Shown here: positions 16,834 through 24,810 of the stretch, in pieces
Layout of the letters: the number at the start of each line of letters is the position of its first letter
Position numbering within the stretch: position 1 is the first letter of the stretch
IMG/VR virus record: IMGVR_UViG_2534681696_000002
Length of the DNA stretch: 62,154 bases
Source of the DNA: a virus
Reading direction: 5' to 3' (one strand)
Position numbers and translations under genes: made by a program
The notes under the pieces: model-generated
Seen by the model: the letters and a program-made list of their open reading frames with translations, nothing else
Told to the model about the DNA's origin: nothing
The model's database searches: none

Positions 16834-17126
16834 TTTGCGTCACCGTCCTTTTTATGAATTTGTACCGTATATTCCGTTTTCGATAAAACTCGATACGATT
16901 CGATATTGCTATCGTTTCTAATTGCTTCTAGCAGCGTATCTAAGCTATGACATTTGTTTTTAAAACGTACGCCACCGTCTAGATTTACTAACGTATCGTC
17001 GTATGTAACAAGATAATATCCGTGCTTCTCTTCGTGAATTGACGGGTTTTTATACGTTACTTCTACCATATCGCCGTACCCTAGTGGTGGCATCGGTCTT
17101 TTAGCTTCGATTAGTTGTACTTTCAT
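16830..17126 (-). CDS. Paralog family member 2 (98 aa)
   Basis: YGDMVEVT...LVNLDGGVRFKNKCHSLDTLLEAIRNDSNIESYRVLSKTEY. Confidence 0.55.
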   Translation of the reverse strand: MKVQLIEAKRPMPPLGYGDMVEVTYKNPSIHEEKHGYYLVTYDDTLVNLDGGVRFKNKCHSLDTLLEAIRNDSNIESYRVLSKTEYTVQIHKKDGDAK

Positions 17127-17416
17127 TATTTCGCGCCCTCCTTCGTTTTTGGCTCTAGCGTTAATTTGAATTCATCTTTCGAAAATACCTTGAATTCCGT
17201 CACGTTGCTATGATTTCGAATCTCTTTAAACAATGCAGTTATGTTTCGTTCGCAGAAAGCCGTAGAACCGCCGTGTAAATTTGTTAGATGATATTGCAGC
17301 GAGCAGCCGTGATTCGATACGAGATAGCCCTCGACCTCTTTCGAGTTTCCCCACCTAATCGCCACTATGTCGCCCACTTGCGGCATACTTCCGCCGAATT
17401 GTACGTCTAATTCCAT
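17126..17416 (-). CDS. Paralog family member 1 (96 aa)
   Basis: Start ATG 17416 after AAAGAGG. VGDIVAIRW...LTNLHGGSTAFCERNITALFKEIRNHSNVTEFKVFSKDEF. Confidence 0.55.
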   Translation of the reverse strand: MELDVQFGGSMPQVGDIVAIRWGNSKEVEGYLVSNHGCSLQYHLTNLHGGSTAFCERNITALFKEIRNHSNVTEFKVFSKDEFKLTLEPKTKEGAK

Positions 17417-17444
17417 ATTATCGACCTCTTTCAATTGTATTTTG

Positions 17445-17464
17445 TCTTACACGTACATAAACGC
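17445..17464 (-). promoter_or_regulatory. Intergenic 20-bp box, copy q (GCGTTTATGTACGTGTAAGA)
   Basis: 28 nt before ATG 17416. Confidence 0.7.
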
Positions 17465-17486
17465 ATTGCAGCAGGTGGAATCGGTC

Positions 17487-17514
17487 AAAAGAAAAAGAGC
17501 GCCGTTAAGCGCTC
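17487..17514 (-). terminator. Terminator overlapping the stop codon of 17505..18209
   Basis: Minus-strand GAGCGC-ttaacg-GCGCTC followed by TTTTTCTTTT. Confidence 0.65.
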
Positions 17515-18209
17515 CTATAGTAATTCATGTATTCATGTTGTATATTTTCGTCTCCATTGCGGCGCAGCCCAGTCTTTCCGAAGTTACAGAAAGGGCGCAG
17601 CGTCTTAATTAAGTATGTCTCGTAAATCTCTCTATGACTAATCTTGTTAACGTACATATAATCGATACGTTGTGCCGTCCCGTTTGCGATTAACTCACGT
17701 AATCGTACGCTAGAACTAGCATGATTTATATGTTGCCCTGTACGTTTGAAAAGGTCGTTTGATATGCCGACGTATAGCGGATTACTAAACTTATCATAGA
17801 ATACATAGATACCGCCAACGTATTGCAGCTCTTCGACCGCTCGCATATCGCTTTTTAAGTGCTCTACGAATACAGACTTTTGTACGCTAGGCGGTTGTAT
17901 GGCGATCATACCGTCGTCATATTCGTTGTTTCGAAGTCTCTCTTTAAACTTCGCAGCCTTTTCGAATTCGGCTTTTAAGATCTCTTTTCGCTCCTGATCC
18001 GTTACCACGTAGCGCCCTTCTTCGTTGATTTTACGCTTTAATCGTGTGATAGTTTCCGAAGGCGTTGCCGTAGCGCAGTCGTCTATCGTTGCGATGTTAT
18101 CGAAGTGTTTCCAGTACATAAGAATAAGTAATCTATCGTTAATCCGTGTCGCAGGATATTTTCGTAATATGTGCTCTACTTTCGATTTCTTCGTTTGTAA
18201 TTTCCCCAT
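17505..18209 (-). CDS. GIY-YIG nuclease-domain protein
   Basis: GGIYVFYDKFSNPLYVGISNDLFKRTGQH, then ...REIYETYLI...CNFGK. Start ATG 18209 lies 9 nt after AAGGGG. Confidence 0.7.
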   Translation of the reverse strand: MGKLQTKKSKVEHILRKYPATRINDRLLILMYWKHFDNIATIDDCATATPSETITRLKRKINEEGRYVVTDQERKEILKAEFEKAAKFKERLRNNEYDDGMIAIQPPSVQKSVFVEHLKSDMRAVEELQYVGGIYVFYDKFSNPLYVGISNDLFKRTGQHINHASSSVRLRELIANGTAQRIDYMYVNKISHREIYETYLIKTLRPFCNFGKTGLRRNGDENIQHEYMNYYRSA

Positions 18210-18222
18210 TTTTGCCAACCCC

Positions 18223-18711
18223 TTAGAATGATAGTTTTTTATCGCCGTGAATCATACCGCCCGTATGCAGGTGTGAGCCTGTTATATTTATATTTTTCGC
18301 GCTGATCGTCGTCGCCGTGATCTTCATACCCTCGCCGCCTAGCTCACCTTTAACGATTTTCTTCGGATCTCCGACCTCGATTTTAACGCTCTTTAGTGCC
18401 TCGCAGATCTTTGTAGCAGCCTCTTTCGCGCCCTCTACTTTTACAGGTACATTTATATTGATTTCGCCTTTTATTGGCTCTAGATGATATAACGCAAGCG
18501 TAGTCGATGCGAATGTCTTCGGGTTATAAATAACCGCTAGTTTCTCATGTTTGCGCTTGTCCGCCTTGTTATCGATAATTCGTAGGATCTCGACCATATC
18601 ACCGCGTACGAATCGCTCTACGTCCGCATGATCGTCGAATGTGTAATCGTGTCCACGCTCTACCATTTCGAATGAGATCTTTAATCGTGCCTTATCGCCT
18701 GTTTTGAACAT
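18223..18711 (-). CDS. Hypothetical protein (162 aa)
   Basis: Track ORF with an AGGAGGG RBS, co-oriented in the gene-dense early region. Confidence 0.5.
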   Translation of the reverse strand: MFKTGDKARLKISFEMVERGHDYTFDDHADVERFVRGDMVEILRIIDNKADKRKHEKLAVIYNPKTFASTTLALYHLEPIKGEININVPVKVEGAKEAATKICEALKSVKIEVGDPKKIVKGELGGEGMKITATTISAKNINITGSHLHTGGMIHGDKKLSF

Positions 18712-18728
18712 ATATAACGCCCTCCTAT

Positions 18729-18752
18729 TAAAAAGACGCCCTATTCGGCGTC
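18729..18752 (-). terminator. Terminator (GACGCC/GGCGTC family)
   Basis: Minus-strand GGGACGCCGAATAGGGCGTC followed by TTTTT. Confidence 0.6.
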
Positions 18753-18845
18753 CCTTTTATTGTGTAATTAGTACATACGTAAGGATTGCGGCAATTGTAA
18801 CGATCACCGCATACCCTCGAATTATTCGCATTCTAATGTTCGGCA

Positions 18846-19013
18846 TTATTCTTCGTCCTCGCCGTTTAATACTCGCATACCCTCGCGATACGAGTCGTAG
18901 TCATATCCGTGAATGTTATCCATCGTAGAAAGACAACCACTTAACGCGCATTCTAGATCGCCGATACGCCCTTCTTGTTCTTTAATCTTTGCTTGCATTT
19001 CTTCTACTGTCAT
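18846..19013 (-). CDS. Small protein (55 aa)
   Basis: ATG 19013 after AGGAGGG. Product MTVEEMQAKIKEQEGRIGDLECALSGCLST... Under 60 aa, so absent from the track. Confidence 0.45.
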   Translation of the reverse strand: MTVEEMQAKIKEQEGRIGDLECALSGCLSTMDNIHGYDYDSYREGMRVLNGEDEE

Positions 19014-19025
19014 TTTTTCGCCCTC

Positions 19026-19463
19026 CTATTCTTCGTCTTCTTCTTCGTCGCGATGTGTTTCTACAAACACGTCACCACGTACACCCGCCTCGTATGCGCG
19101 TTTCATCATCGTTGGAATTGAGTATACGAAACTAAGATCGCGACCTAACGAAGCGTCTTCGGGATACTCTGATAATGAGCCGATAGAAATATCTTCGCAG
19201 CCTTTAGGCATATTCATTTCTACGAAAGCCTCGTCATTCCAGTTAGTAGAATGAATCACTTCGATCTTAAATTCTTGCGTATTAAACGCCTTTTCGATCA
19301 GCTTTGCCGCATCTACTTCGATTATGTCGTATGTGCCCTTTTTGTGACCTGACTGTCCCATCGATCGACCGATAGACTCACGTCGTTTGTATGCCGCCTG
19401 TCCGCGTGCACCTTCTAATAATTGTTTCGTCTCTTTGTGTACCGCGATATAGATTTTACTCAT
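19026..19463 (-). CDS. Hypothetical protein (145 aa), acidic C-terminus
   Basis: Track ORF with an AAGGAGG RBS, preceded by box copy p. Confidence 0.55.
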   Translation of the reverse strand: MSKIYIAVHKETKQLLEGARGQAAYKRRESIGRSMGQSGHKKGTYDIIEVDAAKLIEKAFNTQEFKIEVIHSTNWNDEAFVEMNMPKGCEDISIGSLSEYPEDASLGRDLSFVYSIPTMMKRAYEAGVRGDVFVETHRDEEEDEE

Positions 19464-19487
19464 ATATGCGCCTCCTTATCGTTTTGT

Positions 19488-19507
19488 ACTTACACGTACA
19501 TAAACGC
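19488..19507 (-). promoter_or_regulatory. Intergenic 20-bp box, copy p (GCGTTTATGTACGTGTAAGT)
   Basis: Immediately follows the terminator T-run and ends 24 nt before ATG 19463. Confidence 0.7.
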
Positions 19508-19533
19508 AAAAAAGACGCCCTATGCGGCGTCCT
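19508..19533 (-). terminator. Terminator (GACGCC/GGCGTC family)
   Basis: Minus-strand GGACGCCGCATAGGGCGTC followed by TTTTTT. Confidence 0.7.
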
Positions 19534-19656
19534 TTGTCTCGATAATCCATATTTTTTTATGTATGTAATTCGCAGTATCATCAAACCATTTCGCACTACA
19601 TTTGCGGCTTTCGAACAGATCATAAACCTTTTCTAGTAACTTCATGTATTTATCTA

Positions 19657-19989
19657 TCATAGCTCTATACCCGCCTTGTCGCTGATCTCGTAAGCCTCTT
19701 TCGTGTCGTCGATCTTTACGTCTACGATATCGTCGTGAGCCTGTCCGTATGTAACCTCGATGATCTTGCCGTGCTCTATTTTGTTGCGCAATGATTCGCT
19801 ATCTCCTTCGAAGTAGATTACGACATTATCATTAATATCTTCGCTGATCCCTACGAATTTTTCTTCGTCAATGTGCGCGATCTCGTATTGTTGTACGCCC
19901 GTTGCTTGCGCAGTTACTTTCGTGTAATCCGTTGTGAATCCGATTGTCATTCCTAAAGCAATAGTTAGGGTAGTAATTTTTTTAAACAT
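19657..19989 (-). CDS. Secreted or membrane-anchored protein (110 aa)
   Basis: Start ATG 19989 after AAGAGG. Signal-peptide-like N-terminus MFKKITTLTIALGMTIGFTTDYTKVTAQA. Confidence 0.5.
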   Translation of the reverse strand: MFKKITTLTIALGMTIGFTTDYTKVTAQATGVQQYEIAHIDEEKFVGISEDINDNVVIYFEGDSESLRNKIEHGKIIEVTYGQAHDDIVDVKIDDTKEAYEISDKAGIEL

Positions 19990-20009
19990 ATAATCAACCT
20001 CTTTCGATT

Positions 20010-20348
20010 TTAATAGAATAGTTTTCGTACCGTGCGACGTTTGATCGCTTTCGGCGTATATCTCTTCCACGGCTTTAATTTATAGAATAAGTCGTACGGC
20101 ATAGGGACAAATACAACGTCGGTTTGCGTCGCAACTTCTTGCGTCGGCGCAGTCAATTCGATTGAGCCACCTTGTACGCCGCTTTCGACTTGAATTTCTT
20201 TTAATAGATCTAGTACTCGCTCGTTAGTATACTGAGCATATCCGCCATGATAGCGAGTATTTAGTTTCGTTGTAATCTCTGATACTAATAACTCGTCGTT
20301 TTCCTGTAATAGTGCGATGATGCTATGTTTTAATTGCTCTTTCTTCAT
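20010..20348 (-). CDS. Hypothetical protein (112 aa), first gene after early promoter P3
   Basis: Start ATG 20348 after GAAGGGAG. Confidence 0.5.
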   Translation of the reverse strand: MKKEQLKHSIIALLQENDELLVSEITTKLNTRYHGGYAQYTNERVLDLLKEIQVESGVQGGSIELTAPTQEVATQTDVVFVPMPYDLFYKLKPWKRYTPKAIKRRTVRKLFY

Positions 20349-20373
20349 AGTGACCGCGCTCCCTTCGTTGTTT

Positions 20374-20390
20374 TTTAGCAACTTGCTTAA
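20374..20390. promoter_or_regulatory. Degenerate operator-like palindrome TTTAGCAA-C-TTGCTTAA
   Basis: Three mismatches to TTACGCAA-N-TTGCGTAA. Lies just downstream of the P3 -10 element. Confidence 0.35.
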
Positions 20391-20394
20391 TTAC

Positions 20395-20423
20395 ATAATA
20401 ATATGATATCGCAAACATGTCAA
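20395..20423 (-). promoter_or_regulatory. Sigma-A-type early promoter P3
   Basis: Minus-strand TTGACAtgtttgcGATATCAtatTATTAT. Confidence 0.65.
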
Positions 20424-20447
20424 CTATAAAAAGAAAAAAGTTAGATC

Positions 20448-20711
20448 CTACATTAAGTAAGACCTAACTACGCTCTTATTACTGACTTCTATCCATAATT
20501 TAAATACATTATTTTTACAGAATACTTCTATTATATTTACACCGTCGTCGAGTCGATAGTCTTTGTTAACTGGGGTCATATTTACGTGAACGTGTTCCCA
20601 GTCGCATAAGTTAGCGTATTCAGCTTTCGTGAGCTTTAAGTAGTTATCTTTTAGAACGTTGCGTACATGCGGCTTTCTTTTGAAATGCGCGAGTAACTGT
20701 CCTATAGTCAT
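20448..20711 (-). CDS. Hypothetical protein (87 aa)
   Basis: Track ORF. Its start overlaps the upstream stop. Confidence 0.45.
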   Translation of the reverse strand: MTIGQLLAHFKRKPHVRNVLKDNYLKLTKAEYANLCDWEHVHVNMTPVNKDYRLDDGVNIIEVFCKNNVFKLWIEVSNKSVVRSYLM

Positions 20712-21277
20712 TACGCAGCAACCTTCGATCGTGTAACTTTGCTAGATTGCGTAGCCTTTCGGTATGCCTCGTTCTCACTCGATAACTTCGCGTCTTTACG
20801 CTTATTTAGACTATCCTCTTCGTACGGGCGCAGAATACGTCGTGTAGGTTTGCGATAGTTCATATCGTCAGCGCCTACCGTTCTACACGCACGTTGTACA
20901 TCTACCGTAATTTCTCCACGACTGATAATGCGATTTTTCGCCTGATTATCGGTCATTACTGGGTATTCTTCTAACGTCATTTTATCGACGCGTGTATCTC
21001 CTTCTAGTGCTTCGTATAGAATGTGATCCGCTAGATATTCGAGTACGCCGATCATTTTATTTTTATCATTACGTAGACGTACGTCCGTAGGCGGCTTTCC
21101 GACTTGCTTCGTATATTGATCCGTTAAGAATTCCACCGCAGCCATACGATCGTGAATCGGTAACATTAGATCGACTAGCTTTTTCGCCTCTTCGATAAGT
21201 ACGGCTTTAAAGTCTCCGACAAACATTCTAGTAAAGTTTAATTTATATTCTTCGATGTTAGTAATTTGCTTTTCCAT
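20711..21277 (-). CDS. Hypothetical protein (188 aa)
   Basis: Start ATG 21277, 7 nt after AGGAGGG. Directly downstream of the sigma-region-4-like gene. Confidence 0.5.
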   Translation of the reverse strand: MEKQITNIEEYKLNFTRMFVGDFKAVLIEEAKKLVDLMLPIHDRMAAVEFLTDQYTKQVGKPPTDVRLRNDKNKMIGVLEYLADHILYEALEGDTRVDKMTLEEYPVMTDNQAKNRIISRGEITVDVQRACRTVGADDMNYRKPTRRILRPYEEDSLNKRKDAKLSSENEAYRKATQSSKVTRSKVAA

Positions 21278-21288
21278 GTGTAGCCCTC

Positions 21289-21642
21289 CTAGTAATTCCA
21301 CGCCGTATATACATCGGCGATCTTTTTTAATGCAGCTTTCGTATTACGGCTTGTCGTAGACTTATCGACGCCCATAATTTGCGCAGTTTCTATATTTGAT
21401 AGATCTCTACCGAAACGAAGGTCGATGCAGCGCGCTTGCAAGTCCGTTAATTCCGCCTGATAGATTGCGTTCTCTAGATCTGATAGCAGATCGATTGCAG
21501 CCGTATCGCCGCGTGATTCCGCAGAAGATCGTATGTTATGTTGTTGCTCTAGTAATGCCTCGACGCCTTTAGCGTTATGTAGTTCGAATCGTGCTTCTAA
21601 TCGTTTTGTTGCCGCCTGTTTATCGAAGTTAGATACGCCCAC
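21289..21642 (-). CDS. Sigma-70 region-4-like HTH regulator (candidate late activator, ArpU/RinA/Xpf-like size class)
   Basis: ...LTDLQARCIDLRFGRDLSNIETAQIMGVDKSTTSRNTKAALKKI... GTG start after AGGAGG. Confidence 0.45.
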   Translation of the reverse strand: MGVSNFDKQAATKRLEARFELHNAKGVEALLEQQHNIRSSAESRGDTAAIDLLSDLENAIYQAELTDLQARCIDLRFGRDLSNIETAQIMGVDKSTTSRNTKAALKKIADVYTAWNY

Positions 21643-22282
21643 TTCTTAACGCCTCCTTACGCGAGATAGTTTTCATATCCTGATTGATCTTTTTAACGAA
21701 TTCGTCCCATGATTTATTCGCAGCAATTCGCCTTTTCTCGATACCGTCGATACTAATTAGAATCGCGTCCAGTTGTTGCACTAACTGAATTAAGCCACCC
21801 TCGTTATTGATTTCGTAATCCACTTCGAATGCATCGATTGCCGTTTCTGTCTCGTGATAGAAATCCGCCTCTTTGAACTCGTCGCCCGCATCGATAATGC
21901 GTTGCTTTCGGATCTCGTCGCTCACATTTACGCGAATGATATATGCGCCCTGTTCTCGCAGCGAGTCGATTTCATTTTGTTGTCGTACGTCCGTGATAAC
22001 TACGTTATGTCCCGTTGTTCGTAAGAAATCGATCTTCGGTTGCAGTCGTTTGATCCAAACTAATGCATCATGTTTGCGCTCTTCTTGCCCTTCGTGTTGC
22101 AACAATGCACGGCGCTTTCCGCCTTCTTGCTTTCCGTACTTGCGATCCACTTGCATTTTTAGTTCGTCCGCATATGCGCCACGTTGAAACTTACCGCGAC
22201 GATCCTTCGCCATTAATCGGGCGATCGTATCTTTTCCCGTTCGCATCTTGCCCGCGATGCCGATAATTACTGTATTATGCAA
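21629..22282 (-). CDS. Deoxynucleoside monophosphate kinase-like P-loop protein
   Basis: IGIAGKMRTGKDT P-loop, ...VVITDVRQQNEID..., about 217 aa. TTG start. Confidence 0.55.
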   Translation of the reverse strand: MHNTVIIGIAGKMRTGKDTIARLMAKDRRGKFQRGAYADELKMQVDRKYGKQEGGKRRALLQHEGQEERKHDALVWIKRLQPKIDFLRTTGHNVVITDVRQQNEIDSLREQGAYIIRVNVSDEIRKQRIIDAGDEFKEADFYHETETAIDAFEVDYEINNEGGLIQLVQQLDAILISIDGIEKRRIAANKSWDEFVKKINQDMKTISRKEALRSGRI

Positions 22283-22454
22283 TTTCCTTCCCGCCCTTCA
22301 CGATCTGATTAATGCCGTACGACATTGCAAACATTGCTACTACGTATTGAATAAATTCTGATAACGGATTGCCCGCGATGCCGTATCTAATACCTACCGC
22401 AAACGCACCCGCACCAAACCATACAAATAATCTTCCGACCATCATCTTTTTCAT
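22275..22454 (-). CDS. Small membrane protein (59 aa)
   Basis: ATG 22454 after AAGAGG. Product MKKMMVGRLFVWFGAGAFAVGIRYGIAGNPL... Absent from the track. Confidence 0.45.
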   Translation of the reverse strand: MKKMMVGRLFVWFGAGAFAVGIRYGIAGNPLSEFIQYVVAMFAMSYGINQIVKGGKEIA

Positions 22455-22479
22455 TTCTTCGCCTCTTTTCGTTGTTTTG

Positions 22480-22499
22480 CCTTACACGTACATAAACGC
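22480..22499 (-). promoter_or_regulatory. Intergenic 20-bp box, copy o (GCGTTTATGTACGTGTAAGG)
   Basis: 25 nt before ATG 22454. Confidence 0.7.
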
Positions 22500-22555
22500 C
22501 GCAGCAGCGACATATCGGCATTTAGGCAAATAAAAAAGAGCGAAGGCGTATGCCC

Positions 22556-23263
22556 TCACTCTCGTATATATCCCGTTACATATTTCACGCCGAACGAAGA
22601 CGTCGCAGCCTCGCTAGATCCGTGAAACATATCGAACGTATTGCCCTGTATTGCACCGCCGCGATCTTCGCAAATATAAGTACCGCCTAGATCGGGAATA
22701 TCGATCTTCGTGCCGAATTTATATTGTGGTGGACAGGCGAGCGTACGTCCTTGCGTGTAGTCCGTTCCGCTTGCCGTTTTCCCTTCGCAGCCTTTGCAAT
22801 CAGCGCCGTACGCCGTAACTCTCATATCTATTTCGCGCCCACCTTCGTTAGCTTCGGACGGCTTCGCCTCTTTTGGCTCTACCTTCTTTTGCTTATCAAC
22901 GATGGACGCCCGTAGCTTTTTTAGCTTATCGACCTCGCCCGTTAAGTTTTCGATAACTTCCGATTTCGAATGATCTTCGAGTTTCGTTTTATTATGATTC
23001 TCGCGCTCTACGGCTAGATCTTGTTGTAATGCGCCGACTTCGATTTCTAGTTCGTTAACTTTCGAATTCAGTTCGTAGACCTTATCTTCGGCTTTCTTGC
23101 GATCCTCTTTAACGCTATTATGATTCGCTTTCTCTCGTGCTAGATTGTCCTCTAGCGTTTCGATAGTTGTCTTAGATTCTCGCATCTTATCGATAGATAA
23201 TGTCATAGCCGTAAACGTAAGCATAAAGCCGAATACGATCAGTAAGGTTCGTAGTTTACGCAT
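22556..23263 (-). CDS. Membrane-anchored coiled-coil protein with a C-terminal 3D (MltA/RlpA-like) peptidoglycan-hydrolase domain
   Basis: N-terminal TM segment LRTLLIVFGFMLTFTAMTL. C-terminal MRVTAYGADCKGCEGKTASG...EDRGGAIQGNTFDMF. Confidence 0.75.
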   Translation of the reverse strand: MRKLRTLLIVFGFMLTFTAMTLSIDKMRESKTTIETLEDNLAREKANHNSVKEDRKKAEDKVYELNSKVNELEIEVGALQQDLAVERENHNKTKLEDHSKSEVIENLTGEVDKLKKLRASIVDKQKKVEPKEAKPSEANEGGREIDMRVTAYGADCKGCEGKTASGTDYTQGRTLACPPQYKFGTKIDIPDLGGTYICEDRGGAIQGNTFDMFHGSSEAATSSFGVKYVTGYIRE

Positions 23264-23526
23264 TATGACATCAATCCTTCTTTAATCGCCTTGCGCACGC
23301 CGCGGAAATACTCGACCTGATTAACGATTTCGATTCGTAAATCTTTCTTTAGATCATTTAAGAAGTTCTTTGATCCCTTTAGCGGGAAGATGTCGCCGAA
23401 TGCTACTACCTTTTCGCGACCTGTTTTAAGTTCGATCAGGTGAAAGGCTTTCGGGTTTGTTGGTGCGACACGTAATTCGCATTTAATTGGTACTAGATTC
23501 TTTTTTGTTTGTGTTTTTGTTTGCAT
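23263..23526 (-). CDS. Hypothetical protein (87 aa)
   Basis: Track ORF, overlap-coupled on both sides. Confidence 0.45.
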   Translation of the reverse strand: MQTKTQTKKNLVPIKCELRVAPTNPKAFHLIELKTGREKVVAFGDIFPLKGSKNFLNDLKKDLRIEIVNQVEYFRGVRKAIKEGLMS

Positions 23527-24104
23527 TAAAATTCCTCCCAGTTATAGAAATGTTTGCGACAAACGCTTCGATACTCTTCGTCGCCGATTTGTACTTCTTC
23601 GCCTTGCTTCGTGGGCTTGCCGTCTACAAAACGTAAGTTCATCGTCGCTTTACGATCGCAGCAGCGACATAATCCTTTGATTTCGGAAACGTCGTCCGCT
23701 AGTGCGAATAATGCGGCAGATCCTTCGAATAGCTCGCCTTTGAAGTTCGTTTTAAGTCCGTAGAATATTACGGGAATATCTCTCTTATCGACTATTTGCG
23801 TTATAATTGCCTCGATACAATATCGTGATAAGAATTGCGCTTCGTCGATTAAGATAACGTCAGGGCTACGCATAATTGCGAATGCCAATACCGTACCCGC
23901 CCCCGTATCAGGATCTATCGCCTTTGCCGTATGACCTATTCCGATCCTACTTACGACACGATCGTCACCTTCTCGCGTATCTGTACTCGGTTTAAATACG
24001 AGAACTCTACGCCCTGATCTTTCGTAGGTGTCCGCCGTTTTTAGCAGCTCTAGCGATTTCCCCGAAGCCATTACGCCCAGTTTTGCGTATGCTTTTGCAC
24101 TCAT
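23526..24104 (-). CDS. tdk: Thymidine kinase
   Basis: GVMASGKSLELL P-loop, LIDEAQFL, and a C-terminal CRCC...C..H zinc motif. Confidence 0.9.
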   Translation of the reverse strand: MSAKAYAKLGVMASGKSLELLKTADTYERSGRRVLVFKPSTDTREGDDRVVSRIGIGHTAKAIDPDTGAGTVLAFAIMRSPDVILIDEAQFLSRYCIEAIITQIVDKRDIPVIFYGLKTNFKGELFEGSAALFALADDVSEIKGLCRCCDRKATMNLRFVDGKPTKQGEEVQIGDEEYRSVCRKHFYNWEEF

Positions 24105-24111
24105 TCGATCA

Positions 24112-24131
24112 CCTCACACGTACATAAACGC
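24112..24131 (-). promoter_or_regulatory. Intergenic 20-bp box, copy n (GCGTTTATGTACGTGTGAGG)
   Basis: Ends 7 nt before ATG 24104. Its 3' GAGG doubles as the RBS. Confidence 0.7.
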
Positions 24132-24154
24132 AAAAAAAGACGCCCGTAGGCGTC
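24132..24154 (-). terminator. Terminator (GACGCC/GGCGTC family)
   Basis: Minus-strand GGACGCCTACGGGCGTC followed by TTTTTTT. Confidence 0.7.
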
Positions 24155-24167
24155 CTTCTTCGATGAT

Positions 24168-24425
24168 CTATTCTTTTTCGTTAAGTTGTCGCAGCTCTAC
24201 TAGCGTAGCTTCCTTTAATTCGATAACTACCGCCATAAACATAAAGAATGCAGCAGTTAAGCCGCCCGATACTAGAAATACAATTCCGTTGAAAATGCCG
24301 TCATTTCCGTAATCGTTTGAGAAAAAGCTCATTAGCGAGAATAGCCCGAATAGTACCGCAGTAATTAGCGCAGCTAATCTAAAAATTACCGTGATCGATG
24401 ATCGTACGGTTTGTTGTAAATTCAT
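24168..24425 (-). CDS. Membrane protein (about 85 aa)
   Basis: Start probably ATG 24425 after GGGGG. Two hydrophobic segments. Confidence 0.45.
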   Translation of the reverse strand: MNLQQTVRSSITVIFRLAALITAVLFGLFSLMSFFSNDYGNDGIFNGIVFLVSGGLTAAFFMFMAVVIELKEATLVELRQLNEKE

Positions 24426-24463
24426 ATATAATAACCCCCGCATTTAATTATCTACGAACATTA

Positions 24464-24480
24464 TTACACAACTTGCGTAA
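24464..24480. promoter_or_regulatory. Operator palindrome O1 (TTACACAA-C-TTGCGTAA)
   Basis: One mismatch to the 8-1-8 inverted repeat family. Confidence 0.55.
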
Positions 24481-24501
24481 CTAATCAAGTAATTCAGCGC
24501 T

Positions 24502-24524
24502 AAAAAGACGCCCTATTCGGCGTC
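24502..24524 (-). terminator. Terminator (GACGCC/GGCGTC family) overlapping a stop codon
   Basis: Minus-strand GGACGCCGAATAGGGCGTC followed by TTTTT. Confidence 0.6.
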
Positions 24525-24746
24525 CTTCGTTTGCTCTTCTACTAGTTTCTTGTATCTATCGATAGACATTCGATGAAACTCAGCAGGCGTATACGATGTA
24601 TTTGCGATCATTGCTTCGACTGATTTAACCATTTCACCCGATGCGATCACTAGATCCATGTTATCGGATTGTGACGCAACTAGTCGAGCATGTGCCGCCA
24701 TTTCTACGAGTGCGTTGATCTCTAATGTAGTTGTAAGGTTTACCAT
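24513..24746 (-). CDS. Hypothetical protein (77 aa)
   Basis: Track ORF with an AGGGGGA RBS. Confidence 0.45.
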   Translation of the reverse strand: MVNLTTTLEINALVEMAAHARLVASQSDNMDLVIASGEMVKSVEAMIANTSYTPAEFHRMSIDRYKKLVEEQTKDAE

Positions 24747-24780
24747 AATAAAATCCCCCTATATAGTCGTACATTTAAAT

Positions 24781-24797
24781 TTACGCAAGTTGCGTAA
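24781..24797. promoter_or_regulatory. Operator palindrome O2 (TTACGCAA-G-TTGCGTAA, perfect)
   Basis: Perfect 8-1-8 inverted repeat in the intergenic gap. TTGCGT-17-TATATA on the minus strand overlaps it. Confidence 0.6.
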
Positions 24798-24810
24798 TTG
24801 AGGCTAAAAA

